The notes beneath the pieces are model-generated. The model saw nothing but the letters and a program-made list of their open reading frames with translations. It ran no database searches and was not told the DNA's origin. Below are positions 38,155 through 50,389 of a DNA stretch of 64,000 nucleotides, piece by piece (the first letter of the stretch is position 1; each line of letters begins with the position of its first letter). The position numbers and the translations under genes are program-made. This DNA is from Sphyrna mokarran (taxonomy: Eukaryota). The stretch is taken from assembly GCA_024679065.1 (NCBI GenBank), contig JAGIQG010000009.1:111414001-111478000 (forward strand), written 5' to 3'.

Positions 38155-38203
38155 CTTGGAGAAAGAAGATAGCTTCCTAGGCTGACAAAGTGAGCAGGCC
38201 CAT
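38155..38203 (-). CDS. Candidate leader (signal peptide) exon of the non-rearranging Ig-like gene; contains an in-frame TAG
   Basis: Minus strand reads gcgggATG GGC CTG CTC ACT TTG TCA GCC TAG GAA GCT ATC TTC TTT CTC CAA G|gtatcg. It is 49 nt with good Kozak context and a phase-1 donor, and would join the V exon to give MGLLTLSA*EAIFFLQ-G-LVAA-DD, the usual Ig/TCR split-leader layout. Stop codon at 38177-38179. No better leader was found between 29460 and 38200. Confidence 0.5.
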
Positions 38204-38440
38204 CCCGCGGTTCTCCCGGATCTCTCTGTTCGCCCCCCTGCCACAAAGCGGGCTGATGCAGCAGAATTCACATCTCCACCTGTCAGTTTAGCCCAGGACA
38301 GAATCAGAGTCACTGGCTGGGTCCCGGTTAATCATTCACAAACTGGGATCATTAGGTGCTGGCGTATCACTCTGAATATCTGGCTTCTAGCTGACCTGTC
38401 AGCCAATCTATGGCTCCAGTACAAAGGCTGACAAAATGTT
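38204..38440 (-). promoter_or_regulatory. Putative proximal promoter of the UrIg-like gene (HNF1-type site, CCAAT box, HNF4-like CAAAG core)
   Basis: GTTAATCATTCAC at 38327-38339 differs by one base from the HNF1 consensus GTTAATNATTAAC. AGCCAATC starts at 38401 and AGTACAAAGGCTG at about 38418-38430. All lie in repeat-free sequence just upstream of the candidate leader ATG. Confidence 0.4.
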
Positions 38441-40671
38441 CAAACTCAGCGTTTTACGCAAACCTCGGTGCCTTCTCCGAAAACAAAAGTCGCTTTTCAC
38501 AACCTTCCCGCCTTGTAAAAAGGAAAAATCAATTGCCCTACACAAACAAGCGAGGAAGAGTTGAAAGTTGAAGGTTCGACAAAAGATTAGGAGAGTTTGT
38601 CCATTTCTGAATGGAGTGAGATAGTGCGCAGGGTAGATCTAGGTGGCATTTGACAGCCTAGGGGGTTCCTTCTGCTTTCCTCGGTGTCTGTCAGCAAGCT
38701 GAACACGTTCTTCAGTTCACCTGGGGCAATGGAAAATGGAGGGGAATGTTTTGCTAACACTGACATGTTTATTGCTGACTATCAATTCCTTCCAAAGCCT
38801 GGCTTATCATCCATCCTTTTAAACAAGTGCCACTGCACATGTCTCTTGGTCAAAACAGCCTTTTGTTTAATCATCACACCACAATGAGGCCATTTGGCCC
38901 ATTGTACTTGTGTTGCCTCCCTGCGATTCACCCAGTTGCCACTTCCCATCTATTCCTTCTCTGGAATCCCTGCCCGCATCTACTGGCTCACTCAGGAGGA
39001 CTTTTATCTGCTTCCATAGCTAGCCAAGGTGCACAGTGGTTAGCATTGCTACCTCACAGCGCCAGGGTCCCGGGTTCGATTCTGGCCTTGGGTCACTGTT
39101 TGTGTGGAATTTGCACATTCTTCTCATATCCGCGTGAAGCCTGCACCTTCTCCCTGTGTTATGTTGGAGCTGAATGACCTGCTTACGTTCCTTCCCGTCT
39201 TAATCTTATTTACTCTTTCTTTGAATGTTTAAAGTGAGGTGAGCCTCATCTCACCATTCCTGAAGCCTTTCATTTCCATCCTCTCTATTTTCATAGAATT
39301 ATAGCATCCCTACAGAGCAGAAAAGGCCATTCGATCCATTGGATCTGCACTGACTCTCAGCAGAGTATCTTATCCAAGCTCTGTTCTCCACCCTCTTCCC
39401 ATAACCCTATGCATTTAGCATGGTATTCCAACTTCGCTACATATCTTTGGACAGTAAGGGGCAATTTAGAATAGCCAATCCACCTAACCTGCACATCTTT
39501 GGACAGTAAAGGGCAATTTAGCATGGCCAATCCACCTAACCTGCACATCTTTGGACAGTAAAGGGCAATTTAGCATGGCCAATCCACCTAACCTGCACAT
39601 CTTTGGACACTAAGGAGCAATTTAGCATGGCCAATCCACCTAACCTGCACATCTTTGGACACTAAGGAGCAATTTAGCATGGCCAATCCACCTAACTTGC
39701 ACATCTTTGGACACTAAGGAGCAATTTAGCATGGCCAATAAACCTAATCTGCACATCTTTGGATATTAAACAGAATTTAACATGACCAATCCACCTAACC
39801 CTCATATTAAATTGTCCATTAGTGTCAGAAGGTGTGCAGGTTAGGTGGATTGGCCATATTAAATTGACCCTAGTGTCAGGGGATTAGCAGGGTAAATACA
39901 TAGGGTTATGGGAATAGGGTAGGCTCGCTGTCGGTATAGACGTAATGGGCCAAGTGGCCCCCTTTTAGGGAATTTTAGGGATTCTATGATTATAAGCAAC
40001 ATGGTTAAAAATGATCTTCTTTCTTTTTAGCACAGCTGCCTCACAGTGCCAGCCAGCCAGATTCGATTCCCACCTCGGGTCGCTGTCTGTGTGGAGTTTG
40101 CACATTCTCCCCGTGTCTGTGTGGGTTTCCTCCCACAGTCTGAAAGATTTGCTGGTTAGGGAGCATTGGCCGTGCTAAATTCTCCCGGAACAGGCTCCGG
40201 AGCCTGGCGACTTTGGGGATTTTCACAACTTCATCGCAGTGTTGATGCAAGCCTACTTGTGACTAGTAACTAAGCTTTAAAACTTGAATCTGACACACGT
40301 TCCAATGTTAATTCTCAATTAAACCACCATTAAAAAGGTACATTTCCCAGTGTGGCGTAATCTGCACAGTTTGGAGCAAGGACTGGTTGAGTTCCTGATT
40401 TATGGAGATGTTTTGTGAATATGAATCAAACAACTGTAGTTACGGCGCTGACCATCAGGGGCGTCACTGCCTGTCAGGCAGCCAATGGCAAGAATTTGGG
40501 GGTGGAACGGTTAAAGGCAGGAGAATCGCTGGAAATCAATTTGGCAACGTTCTTTGTATCTTCTGTCTTGTTTGTGCACAGTTAGCGCTGCAACATCTCA
40601 GACAAAAGGTGCCATTGTATAAGCTCCGGAGAGCTGACGGGAGAAGGCAGGGAAGGGGGCAAAGCGGAAAG

Positions 40672-41142
40672 ATGGCATCGAAGGAGCATGCCGAGAGTCT
40701 GACCAAATACCTCAACTGCCCCATCTGCCTGGAGGTCTTTCGGCAGCCCGTGATTCTGGACTGCGGCCACAACTTCTGCCAGGCCTGTATCGGCGTACAC
40801 TGGGAGGAGACGGGGAGGTACCGCTGTCCCGAGTGCAGCAAAGTGTCGCGGGACAACAGCCTGAGGGTCAACCGGGCCCTGGCCAATTTGGCCGACCGGG
40901 TGAGAAACCTGCAGTTGGCTCCTGCCAACAGCGAACCGGCCAGCCGGGGGTCTCCGGCACTGCCGGCGAAGGCCAAAGCTCCGGGCGTCAAACTGTACTG
41001 CAGCGAGCACCAGGAGGAGCTGAAACTCTTCTGCGAGACCGACAAGGAGCTGATCTGTGTGATGTGCCTGGACGGGAGAGGAGGACGCAGCCACAAGTTC
41101 CACGACTTCATGCTGATACACGAGGCTGTGGTGAAGTACAAG
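40672..41142 (+). CDS. TRIM E3 ligase (TRIM69/XNF7/A33-like), coding exon 1: RING and B-box
   Basis: ATG in aagATGG context. RING CPICLEVFRQPVILDCGHNFCQAC..W..RCPEC; B-box CSEHQEELKLFCETDKELICVMC..HKFH. Donor AAG|gtgaaa, 471 nt. An upstream acceptor at about 40581 suggests a non-coding first exon. Confidence 0.95.
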
Positions 41143-44100
41143 GTGAAACCGGGGTTATTTCAAGGCGGCGCGGTGGCTAGCACCGCGGACTACCGGGTTC
41201 GATCCCCGGCTCGGGTCACTCTCTGTGCAGAGTCCACACATTCTCCCCGTGTCTGCATGGGTTTCCTCCCACAGTCTGAAAGGCAGTGCCAAGTTCTCCC
41301 TCGGTGTTCCCGAACAGGTGCCAGAGTGTGGCGACCAAGGGGATTGTCACAGTAACTTCATTGCAGTGTTAATGTCAACCTACTTGTGTCACTAATAAGT
41401 AAACTTAAACTTTAGTTCGGCCTCACAAATCAAAAAAATTGCTAAGTTCTGGATAAACTCAATAGCTCTCGCTGTAGAGAGAGAGATACAGAGGTAACAC
41501 TTCCAATCCAATATGATTAGATACCTTTACATCTGTAGCAGGGAGTGATTTCATTTGATTTTCTATTGTCACATATTGGAACACAGTGAAAAGTATTGTT
41601 TCTTGCACACTTTGTAGACAAAGCATAACGTTCATAGAGTATATAGGGAAGAAGAAAAGGAGAGAGTGCAGAATGTTGTGTTACAGTCATAGCTAAGGTG
41701 TAGGAAAAGAGCAACTTAATGGGAGGTAGGTCCATTCAAAAGTCTGAAGGCAGCAGGGAAGAAGCTGTTCTTGAATCGGTTGGTACGTGACCTCAGATTT
41801 TTGTATGTTTTTCCCGATGAAAAATGGTGGAAGAGAGAATGTCCGGGGTCCTGAATTATGCTGGCTGCTTTTCCGAGGCAGTGGGAAGTGTAGACAGAGT
41901 CAATGGATGGGAGGCTGGTTTGTGTGATGGATTGGGCGACATTCACAACCCCTTTGTAGTTTCTTGCAGTCTTGGGCAGAGCAGGAGCCCACACCAAGCT
42001 GTGATACAATCAGAAAGAATGCTTTTTCTGCTGCATCTCTAAACGTTGGTGAGAGTCGTAGCTGACATGCCAAATTTCCTTAGTCTTTGGAGAGAATAGA
42101 CGCGTTGGTGGGGCTTTCTTAACTATAACATTGGAGTGATTTTTAACGTTTACACAAAAACAGGTGCTGTGGGGACATTCCTCGACTCACCCAAGAATCA
42201 GGATTGATCCATTCAACATCTCCTGATGTTAAAATTGCCCCCCAGCCCTGCCTGACTGATCTTTTGTGGCCCAGTGGGTTAGTGTTCCTGCCTCTGAACC
42301 ACACCATTCTGGCTTCGAGACCCCCTCAGGTTTTGAGGGTTGAGGAACGCATGATTCCTCAAATCATTTCATGCCTGGGATTTGGTCGCCGCTGCATGGT
42401 CCACCATTTATTGCCCATCTTGAACTGCCCTCGATCTGTGTCAAATTATTTCAAAGTTAACTATACTGCTGGGATCTGGAGTCAAGGTCGCACACTGGTT
42501 AGCACTGCTGCCTCACAGCACTAGCACCGGATTCAATTCCGGGTTGCTGTCTGTGCAGAGCCTGCAAATTCTCCCCATGTCTGCGTGGGTTTCCTCCGGC
42601 TGCTCTGGTTTACTCCCACAGAAAGATTTGCTGGTTAGTTGACCATGCTAAATTCTCTCAGTGTACCTGAACAGGAGCTGGAGTGTGCTGACTAGGGTAT
42701 TTTCACAATAACTTCATTGCAGTGTTAATGTAAGCCAACTTGTGACCCTAATAAATAAACCTTAAAAAAAATTGTCCCTCAATAGCCAAAGATGTGCAGG
42801 TTAAGATGGATTGGCCATGCTAAATTAGCCCTTACTGTGCAAAGATGTGTAGATTAGGTAAATTGGCTACGCTAAGTTCTTCCTCAATGTACCCAGACAG
42901 GCACTGGAGTGTAGTGACTTAGGGATTTTCACAGTAACTTCATTGCGCTGTTAATGTAAGCCTACTTGTGACATTAATAAATAAACTTTAAAAAAAACTG
43001 TCACTCCTGTCCAAAGATAATCAGATTAGATGATTGGCAATGTTAATTTGCACCTTAGTTTCCAAAGAATGTATAAGTTAGTTGTATTGGCCATTCTACA
43101 TGGCTCCTTAGTGTCCAAAGTTGTGCAGATTGGGTGGATTGGCCATGATAAATTGTCCCTTAGAGTCCAAAGATGTGCAGGTTAGGTGGATTGACCATGC
43201 TAAATTGCTCCTTGGTGTCCAAAGATATGTAGATTGGATGAATTGGCCATGCTAAATTGCCTCTCCATGTCCAAAAGAAGTCTAAATTAGATGGATTAGC
43301 CTAGGTAAATGTGTAAGGTTATGGCGATAGGATTGGGGAAAGAGCCTGGATAAATTATTGTTTCAGAGGGAGATCTTCAGACTCGATAGAATTCTGTACT
43401 GTCAGGATTCTCCTATGGCAGACCGGGTAAGAACAGTAGATTTCCTCCCCGCAAGGAATATTCGTGGATCAGATGACAATACAGCCAAAAAGGATTGAGT
43501 ACCAGTCTGCAAATGTTTCTGGTGTACGCCAAGGGGTAAGGCTGGAAGAGATTTATGACCAATTATGTGATGGAAAGAGAGTTGGGATTCTCGCCATAAC
43601 TGTCCAGTAAAAGTGGCAACTCTTGGATTTGATTTGATATAATTTACATGTCTTAGTTTTCAGTGAAAAGTATCGTTTCTTTGCAGACAAAGCATACCAT
43701 TCATGGAGAAGGGAAGGAGAGAGTACAGAATGTAGTGTTACCAGCCATAGCATGGGTGTAGAGAATGATCAACTTAGTGTGAGGTAAGTCCATTCAAAAG
43801 TCTGACAGCAGCAGGGAAGGAGCTGTTTTTGAGCCAGTGACCTCAGACTTTTGTATCTTTTTCCCAAAAACGCAGAAGGATCATAGAGTTATAGAATCCC
43901 TCCAGTGCAGAAGGAGGCCATTCAGCCTATCCAGTCTGCACTTAGCACAATCCCACCCTGGCCCCCAATTCTGCAACCCCATACTAACCTCTGACACGAA
44001 GGGAGAATTTAGCATGGCCAATCCACCCAACATGCGTAACTTTGGACTGTGGGACGAAGCTGGAGCACCCAGAGAAAGGAGTATGTCCGAGGTGCCTGGG

Positions 44101-44179
44101 GTCTTGGCTGCAGGAAGTGTAGGCAGAGTTAATGGATTGGGCTACCTTTAGTAGTTCTTGTAGTCTTGGCCAGAGCAGG

Positions 44180-44745
44180 ACCTGTATTTGCTCTATTTGC
44201 GAAAGGATATATTTGTTTGCAAAAGGATATATTGGCCTTGGAGGGAGTGCAGAGAAGGTTCACCAGGCTGATACCGGAGATGAGGGGGTTAGCTTATGAA
44301 GAGAGATTGAATAGACTGGGTCTGTACTCGTTGGAGTTTAGAAGGCTGTGGGGAGGATCTTATAGAGACTTACAAGATAATGAAGGGGATAGATAGGGTA
44401 GAGGTAGAGAGATTCTTTCCACTTAGAAAGGATAGCAGAATGAGAGGGCACAGCCTCTAAATAAAGGGGGAGGGGGAGCAGTTGGAGTTGAGGAGCAACT
44501 TCTTCACTCAAAGGGTGGTGAATTCTCTGGAATTCTTTGCCCATTAAAGTGGTGGAGACTACCTTGTTGAATATATTTAAGTCACGGGTAGATGGTTTCT
44601 GATAGACAAGGGAATTAAGAGTTATGGGGAGAAAGCAGGAAAGTGGAACTGATCCATTTCAGGTCAGCCGTGATCTTATTGAATGGCGGGGCAGGCTTGA
44701 GGGGCTGGATGGCCTACTCCTGCTCTTATTTCTTATGTTCTCTTA
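44180..44745 (+). mobile_element. CR1 LINE 3' fragment
   Basis: KDILALEGVQRRFTRLIP..YEERL..LGLYSLE. Related pieces at 19190-19750(-), 27355-27840(-), 28080-28350(-), 33540-33890(-), 34270-34570(+), 56035-56575(+), 59620-60920(+). Confidence 0.85.
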
Positions 44746-44839
44746 GGAGCCATAGCAAGCTGAGCTGACTGAATTGTCTTGCTTTTCAAACTGGGCATAT
44801 GAACATTTCTTTTTAAAAACAAATGCTTTTTGACCCTAG

Positions 44840-44932
44840 GATAGGCTGAAATCATCCTTGGATAAGCTAAGGCAGAAGATCACTCTTCTGGAAGTCAAGT
44901 TAAAGGAAAAGCAGAGCATTTCAGAGATCGGT
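44840..44932 (+). CDS. TRIM coding exon 2 (coiled coil)
   Basis: ttttgaccctag|GAT...GGT|gtaagt, 93 nt, phase 0-0. DRLKSSLDKLRQKITLLEVKLKEKQSISEIG. Confidence 0.88.
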
Positions 44933-45022
44933 GTAAGTTCCCTCCCACTTCTCTTCCTGTCTCTCTCTCTCACCGTCTGGTATTCCGGCATGGTAGATTT
45001 GACCGGTTTCCCTCATCTGCAG

Positions 45023-45256
45023 GAGAAATTGACCAGCCTGCAGAATCTCATTTCCTCCGAGTTTGCCAAGATGCACCAGTTCCTCGATAGGAAGGAAGAG
45101 AGTTTGATTCGAGAGCTCAAGGATCACGAGGAGAACATTTCCGAGGTGATGGGGAAGAACCTGCAGGAGATAAGGAGTCACCTGCAGTCTATTCAGCTAA
45201 AGCTGTCACGGCTGCACTCACAAATGGACCAGAGAGAGTTGATCAACTTCTTGGAG
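45023..45256 (+). CDS. TRIM coding exon 3 (coiled coil)
   Basis: catctgcag|GAG...GAG|gtacaa, 234 nt, phase 0-0. EKLTSLQNLISSEFAKMHQFLDRKEESLIREL... Confidence 0.9.
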
Positions 45257-47354
45257 GTACAAGGGTGACGGGGAAATGGGGAAATGTATTATACTCAACA
45301 TTGCTCGATATTAAAATGTGCTTTGAAGGACCCCTATCTTTTGACGCCAATCAGAAAAAAACCCAAGTCACAAATGTAAGTGTGCCGTAGTAACCCACTG
45401 AAGTCAAATTTCTGATTCTCCAAAGAGGTTCATGTTAGTATCCTGCTCTACATTAATTTTGGTTTGTTAATAAATGGGAAGTGGCAAGTTTTTACATTTA
45501 TTTATTAGTGATAGAAGTACATTAACACAACAATAAAGTTATGGTGAAAATCTGCTAGTTGCCAAACTCTGGCGCCTGTTCGGGTACGCTGAGGGAGAAT
45601 TTAGCATGACCAATCCACCCTAACCAACACGTCTTTCGGACTGTGGGAGGAAACCAGAGCACCCGCAGGAAACCCACACAGACACGGGGAGAATGAGCAG
45701 ACTTCGCACAGGCAGTGACCCAAGCCAGGAATCGAACCCGGGTCCCTGGCGCTGTGACACATGCAATGCTGACCCACTGTGCCACCATGGCATCCCCAGA
45801 TGCTGGTATTTTCGCTGAACTATAATTCAGAGACCTAGGGTAATGTTCTGGGGACCCAGGTTCAAACCTCACCACAGCAGATCGTGAAATTGGAGTTGAA
45901 AACTGTTCCACTGGAATTGACTCCGAACCCATGGCAATATAGTTGGATCTCAACTGCCCCCTTAAATAGAATCCCAACAATCCAGAAGGAGGCCATTCAG
46001 CCCATCAGGTCTGTACTGACAGTAGTCCCCACCAAGGCCCTATCCCCATAACCCTGCATATTTACCCCACCATTCTCTACATATTCTGGATCTCTAAGGG
46101 GCAATTTAGCACAGCTATTCCACCCTAACCTGCACATCTTTAAATTGTGGGGGGAAACCGGAGCACCCGGAGGAAACCCATGCAGACATAGGGAGAACGT
46201 GCAGACACTGACCCATACTGGGAATCGAACTCAGGTCCCCAGCGCTGTGAGGCAGCAGTGCTAATCACTCTGCCACCATGTTGCCCATTATGGCCAAGCA
46301 AGCCACAGTTCATGGGGCAATTAGGGATGGGCAATAAATGCTGGCTCAGCCAGCGATACCCTCTTTCTGTAATTGAATAAAAGAGAGAAAGCACACGCCC
46401 ATGGATGAAACCTTTAAATGATCTCAATTAAAATGGGAAATATTTGGATAATTCTAAGTATCTGGGCCAAGAGGAATATTAACATTGTAACTCTATGTTT
46501 GTAATGTTAACAAGCTGAGAGTTTGAGTCGTAATCCAAACCGAATTACAGGACCCGGGCATCGCTGGCTGGGCCAGCATCTGTTACCCATCCCTAACTGC
46601 CCCTTGAACTATAGCTTGCTAGCCCATCATTGGCAAGATGGTGGCAGAGTGGTTAGCACTGTTGCTTCACAGTGCCAGGGACCCAGGTTCGATTCCTGCC
46701 CTGGGTCAATGTAAGTGCAGAGTTTGCATGCTTTCCCCCTGTCTGTGTGGTTTCCTCCATGTGCTCCGGCTTCCTCCCACACTCCAAAGATTTGCAGGTT
46801 AGGTGGATTGGCCCTGCTAAATTTCCCTTAGTGTCCAAAGACGTGCAGGTTAGGGGGTTATCTATGTTAAATCTGTAGAGATACGGGGATACGGAAGGTG
46901 GGAAGGGCTGGGGTAAGACGCTCTTTTGGAGAGAAAACGCAGACTCGGTGGGCTTAATGGCCTCCTTCTGCACGGTAGGAATTCTACGAATTATTCATCA
47001 TCGAGGTTACCTCTGCGGTGTAGGAAGAGGAGGAGCTTTTGGAATCTGAGACCTCATGTACCATTGAATTAGAACATGTGGTTTGCATCTGAACTCCATT
47101 GGTGCCCCTTGGAACTCTTAGCCGATAGAAATCTATCGAACTCAAGACTTGTCGTGCCCCTCGAGGGGCAGAACTCCCGGTTTCTGTATAAATTATCCAA
47201 TTATCCTTGCTCCATGTACCTTCGTGTTGTTCAGTTCTCCTGTAATGATAGAATTGAGGTTTGGTTGCCCTGTTGCTGTTTCTTTTGCTGGATCTCTCTG
47301 TCTTCACCCTATTGTCAAAAACCAGCTAAGATACCTCTTCTATTTTACCTTCAG

Positions 47355-47377
47355 GAAGAAGCTTGTGGACAAATGAG
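47355..47377 (+). CDS. TRIM coding exon 4 (23-nt micro-exon)
   Basis: ttttaccttcag|GAAGAAGCTTGTGGACAAATGAG|gtaata. A 23-nt phase 0-2 exon is typical of TRIM-B30.2 genes. Confidence 0.85.
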
Positions 47378-47480
47378 GTAATAGGAAATTCTTCTAGAAA
47401 TTCTATATCTAAACCAAAAAAATATATGTACTCTTTAAGGTCACTTTGTAATACCAATTATTACGTGTTTGCATTATCAG

Positions 47481-47587
47481 TGAAGACGCTCATGGTATAT
47501 TAACAAGTGGAAATCTTCCCCTGGGAATGTTCAAAGGACCTCTGCAATATACAGTGTGGAGACAGATGATAGAAACCATTTGCCCAG
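47481..47587 (+). CDS. TRIM coding exon 5 (linker)
   Basis: ttgcattatcag|T...CCAG|gtaaga, 107 nt, phase 2-1. LGMFKGPLQYTVWRQMIETICP resembles the TRIM69/TRIM62-type KGPxQYxxW linker. Confidence 0.87.
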
Positions 47588-50389
47588 GTAAGAAGATCTA
47601 TTCTTGTGTCTAAACAATACTCAGGTGAAAAAAAAACATTATTTGTTCACAGGATGTGGGTGTCACTGGCTGGGCCAGCACTTATTGCCCCTCCTTAATT
47701 GCCCCTTGAACTGAGTGTCCCATTTCAGAGGGCAATTGAGAGTCAACTGTATTGCTGTGGTTCTGGAGTCACATGTAGGCCAGGCCGGGTAAAGACGGCA
47801 GATTTCCTTCCCCAAACGACATCAATAACCAGGTAGCTTTTTACGACAATAGGCAATGGCTTCATGGTCATCATTTATGGGCGGCGCGGTGGTTAGCACT
47901 GCCCCTTCACAGAACCACGGATCCGGGTTCGATTACTAGCTTGGGTCACTGTCTGTGTGGAGTTTGCACGTCCTCCCTGTGGGTCTCCCCCGAGTGCTCC
48001 GGTTTCTTCCGACATTGCAAAGATATTCAGGGTAGGTGGATTTACCACACGAAAGTGCCCCTTACTGTCCAAAGATGCATAGGTTAGTTGTCCATTAGTG
48101 TCCAAAGATCTGCAGGTTAGGGAAATTAGCCATGCTAAATTGCCCCTTAGTGTCCAAAGATGTGCAGGTTAGAGTGGATTGGCCATGCTAAATTGTCCCT
48201 TAGTATCAGGGGAATTAGTGGGGTAAATATGTGGGGAAAAGACCTGGGTGGGATTGTTGTTAGTGCAGGCTTGATGAGCTGAATAGCCTCCTTTTGCACT
48301 GTAGGGATTCTATGATTCTGTTCCATAATTGGACTTTTGTTCCTGATTTTTATTGAATTCAAATTTTACTTCCTGCCGTGCTTGTATTTGAACTCTGAGT
48401 CTCTGGATTACAGTCCAGTGACAGTACAGCTATGCCACTATCTCCTCCTGATAGACAATAAGTTGCTTCCACAGATTGGAGACATTTGCTTGGTTAATGG
48501 TGGGACAAAATCCTCAGACTTCTAAACAGACGTTTTACAGTGTCACCCAGCTTTAGCCATTGGTCTAATCATTCTAGAAGCTTCCACACTCTACTTCAGC
48601 ATGGCAGCCAAAAATTGGGCAGATTCTAAAACAGGTTAGGACGACCCACACGTTTCCTCCACAGTCCAAAAGATATAGAATCCATAGAATCCCTACAGTG
48701 CAGAAAGAGGCCATTTGGCCTATCAAGCCTACACCGACCCACAATCCCACCAAGGCTCTACCGCCATAATCCCACACATTTCACCCTGCTAATCCTCCCT
48801 GACACTAAGGGGCCATTTAGCACGGCCAATACCTCTAAGCCACATATCTTTGAACCGTGGGTGAAAAGCAGAGCACCCAGAGGAAACCCACGCAGACACG
48901 GGGAGAACTTGCAAAGTCCACACGGACAATGACCCGAGGTTGGAATTGAACCTGGGTCCCTAGCGCTGTGAGGCAGCAGTGCTAACCCACCGTGCACAGA
49001 TTGGCCTTGCTGAGTTCTCCCTCAGTGTACCCAAACAGATATCAGATATTTGGAGATTTTTCACAGTAACTTCATCGCAGCATCAATGTAAGCATACTTG
49101 CAAATAAACTTTAAACTGTTGCTTTTCTTTAAGAAGTTTTAATCCTCAAGGTCGGACAAGGATTAAATGGACAGGAAATTTTTCTCTTGCCCTGCGATAC
49201 ACTGTAAATGCGTGCACTTTAATAACGTAACGTCCTAAACAGTTACCAAGCTGATTAAAAACAAACATTGTATACTTCTTGTACAAAATGTGCTTGTGAT
49301 GCATCTGTGACCAAAACAAAGTAATTTTAGCCTGGTGCAGCTATATACATCCATTGTTGATCTTCGCAGTTGCATAGATACAGAACTGTCCTTGCATTAG
49401 TCAAGCTGATAAGATTTGCTCAGTGTGTTTCTTCATAGTGTTCTCAGTAATAACAAGCATCCCCCTTCTCTGTTCTGAGGCTACCTCATTGCAGATTGCT
49501 CCAGTACGGCACTGGACAATTTAGAATCAAAGAAACCCTATTCTACAGAACACAATCCCACCCAGACCCCATATCCCTACGTATTTACCTACTAACCTAC
49601 ACGTCTCAGGATACTAAGGGCAATTTTTAGCCTGGTCAATCAACCTAACCCACATATCTTTGGACTGTGGGAGGAAACCGGAGCACCTGGAGGAAACCCA
49701 CGCAGACATGAGGAGAATGTGCAAACTCCACACAGACAGTGACCTGAGCATCGAACCGCCCCAAGTCCCTGGAGCTGTGAAGCAGCAGAGCTAACCCACT
49801 AGGAGAAAGTCGCAACACAACAGAATAATTTGAAGAATTATAGCTCATGGACTAACAGGGGCAGCAGCGGTAACAGGGATGGAAAACTGGCTGAATAATA
49901 AGAAGTAGAGAGTCACGTTTCAGGCGGGAGGGAGTATTCATAGAATATCGTTGAATGCTACAGTGCAGAAGGAGGTCATTCAGCCCATCGAGTCTGTACC
50001 AACTAACCAGGCCCAGCCATACATTTACCCTAGCTAATCCCCCAGTACTAAGGGGCAATTTAGCATGGTCAATTCATCTAACCTGCACGTTTTTGGACAC
50101 TAAGGGGTAATTTAGCTGACTTGGTGGGAAAACTCTTCCAGATGCTGAGTGTTTTCTCAGTTCAGTTCCTTGCCCGAATCTCCGCACTCTGTGCATTGCA
50201 GAGATCCCAATTATGAATCTTGTTTAAAAAAAAACCCCAAGCAGGGGAGCCGTCTTCACACCGGAGTCTGCAACTCTGCTCATTCACAGTGCCCCCCCCC
50301 CATCTGTCAGGCACCCCAGGCAGTTTACAGTTTATTTGCAAGTATTGAAACTGCAATGAATTTACTGCTCAATTGCTGGCCAACTTGCT

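Noticed and set aside
40402-40671. 90-aa N-terminal extension of the TRIM ORF, and read-through to 41355
   Set aside because: A splice acceptor at about 40581 and a Kozak ATG at 40672 just before the RING argue against the extension; the 3' read-through runs into a SINE past the donor at 41142.
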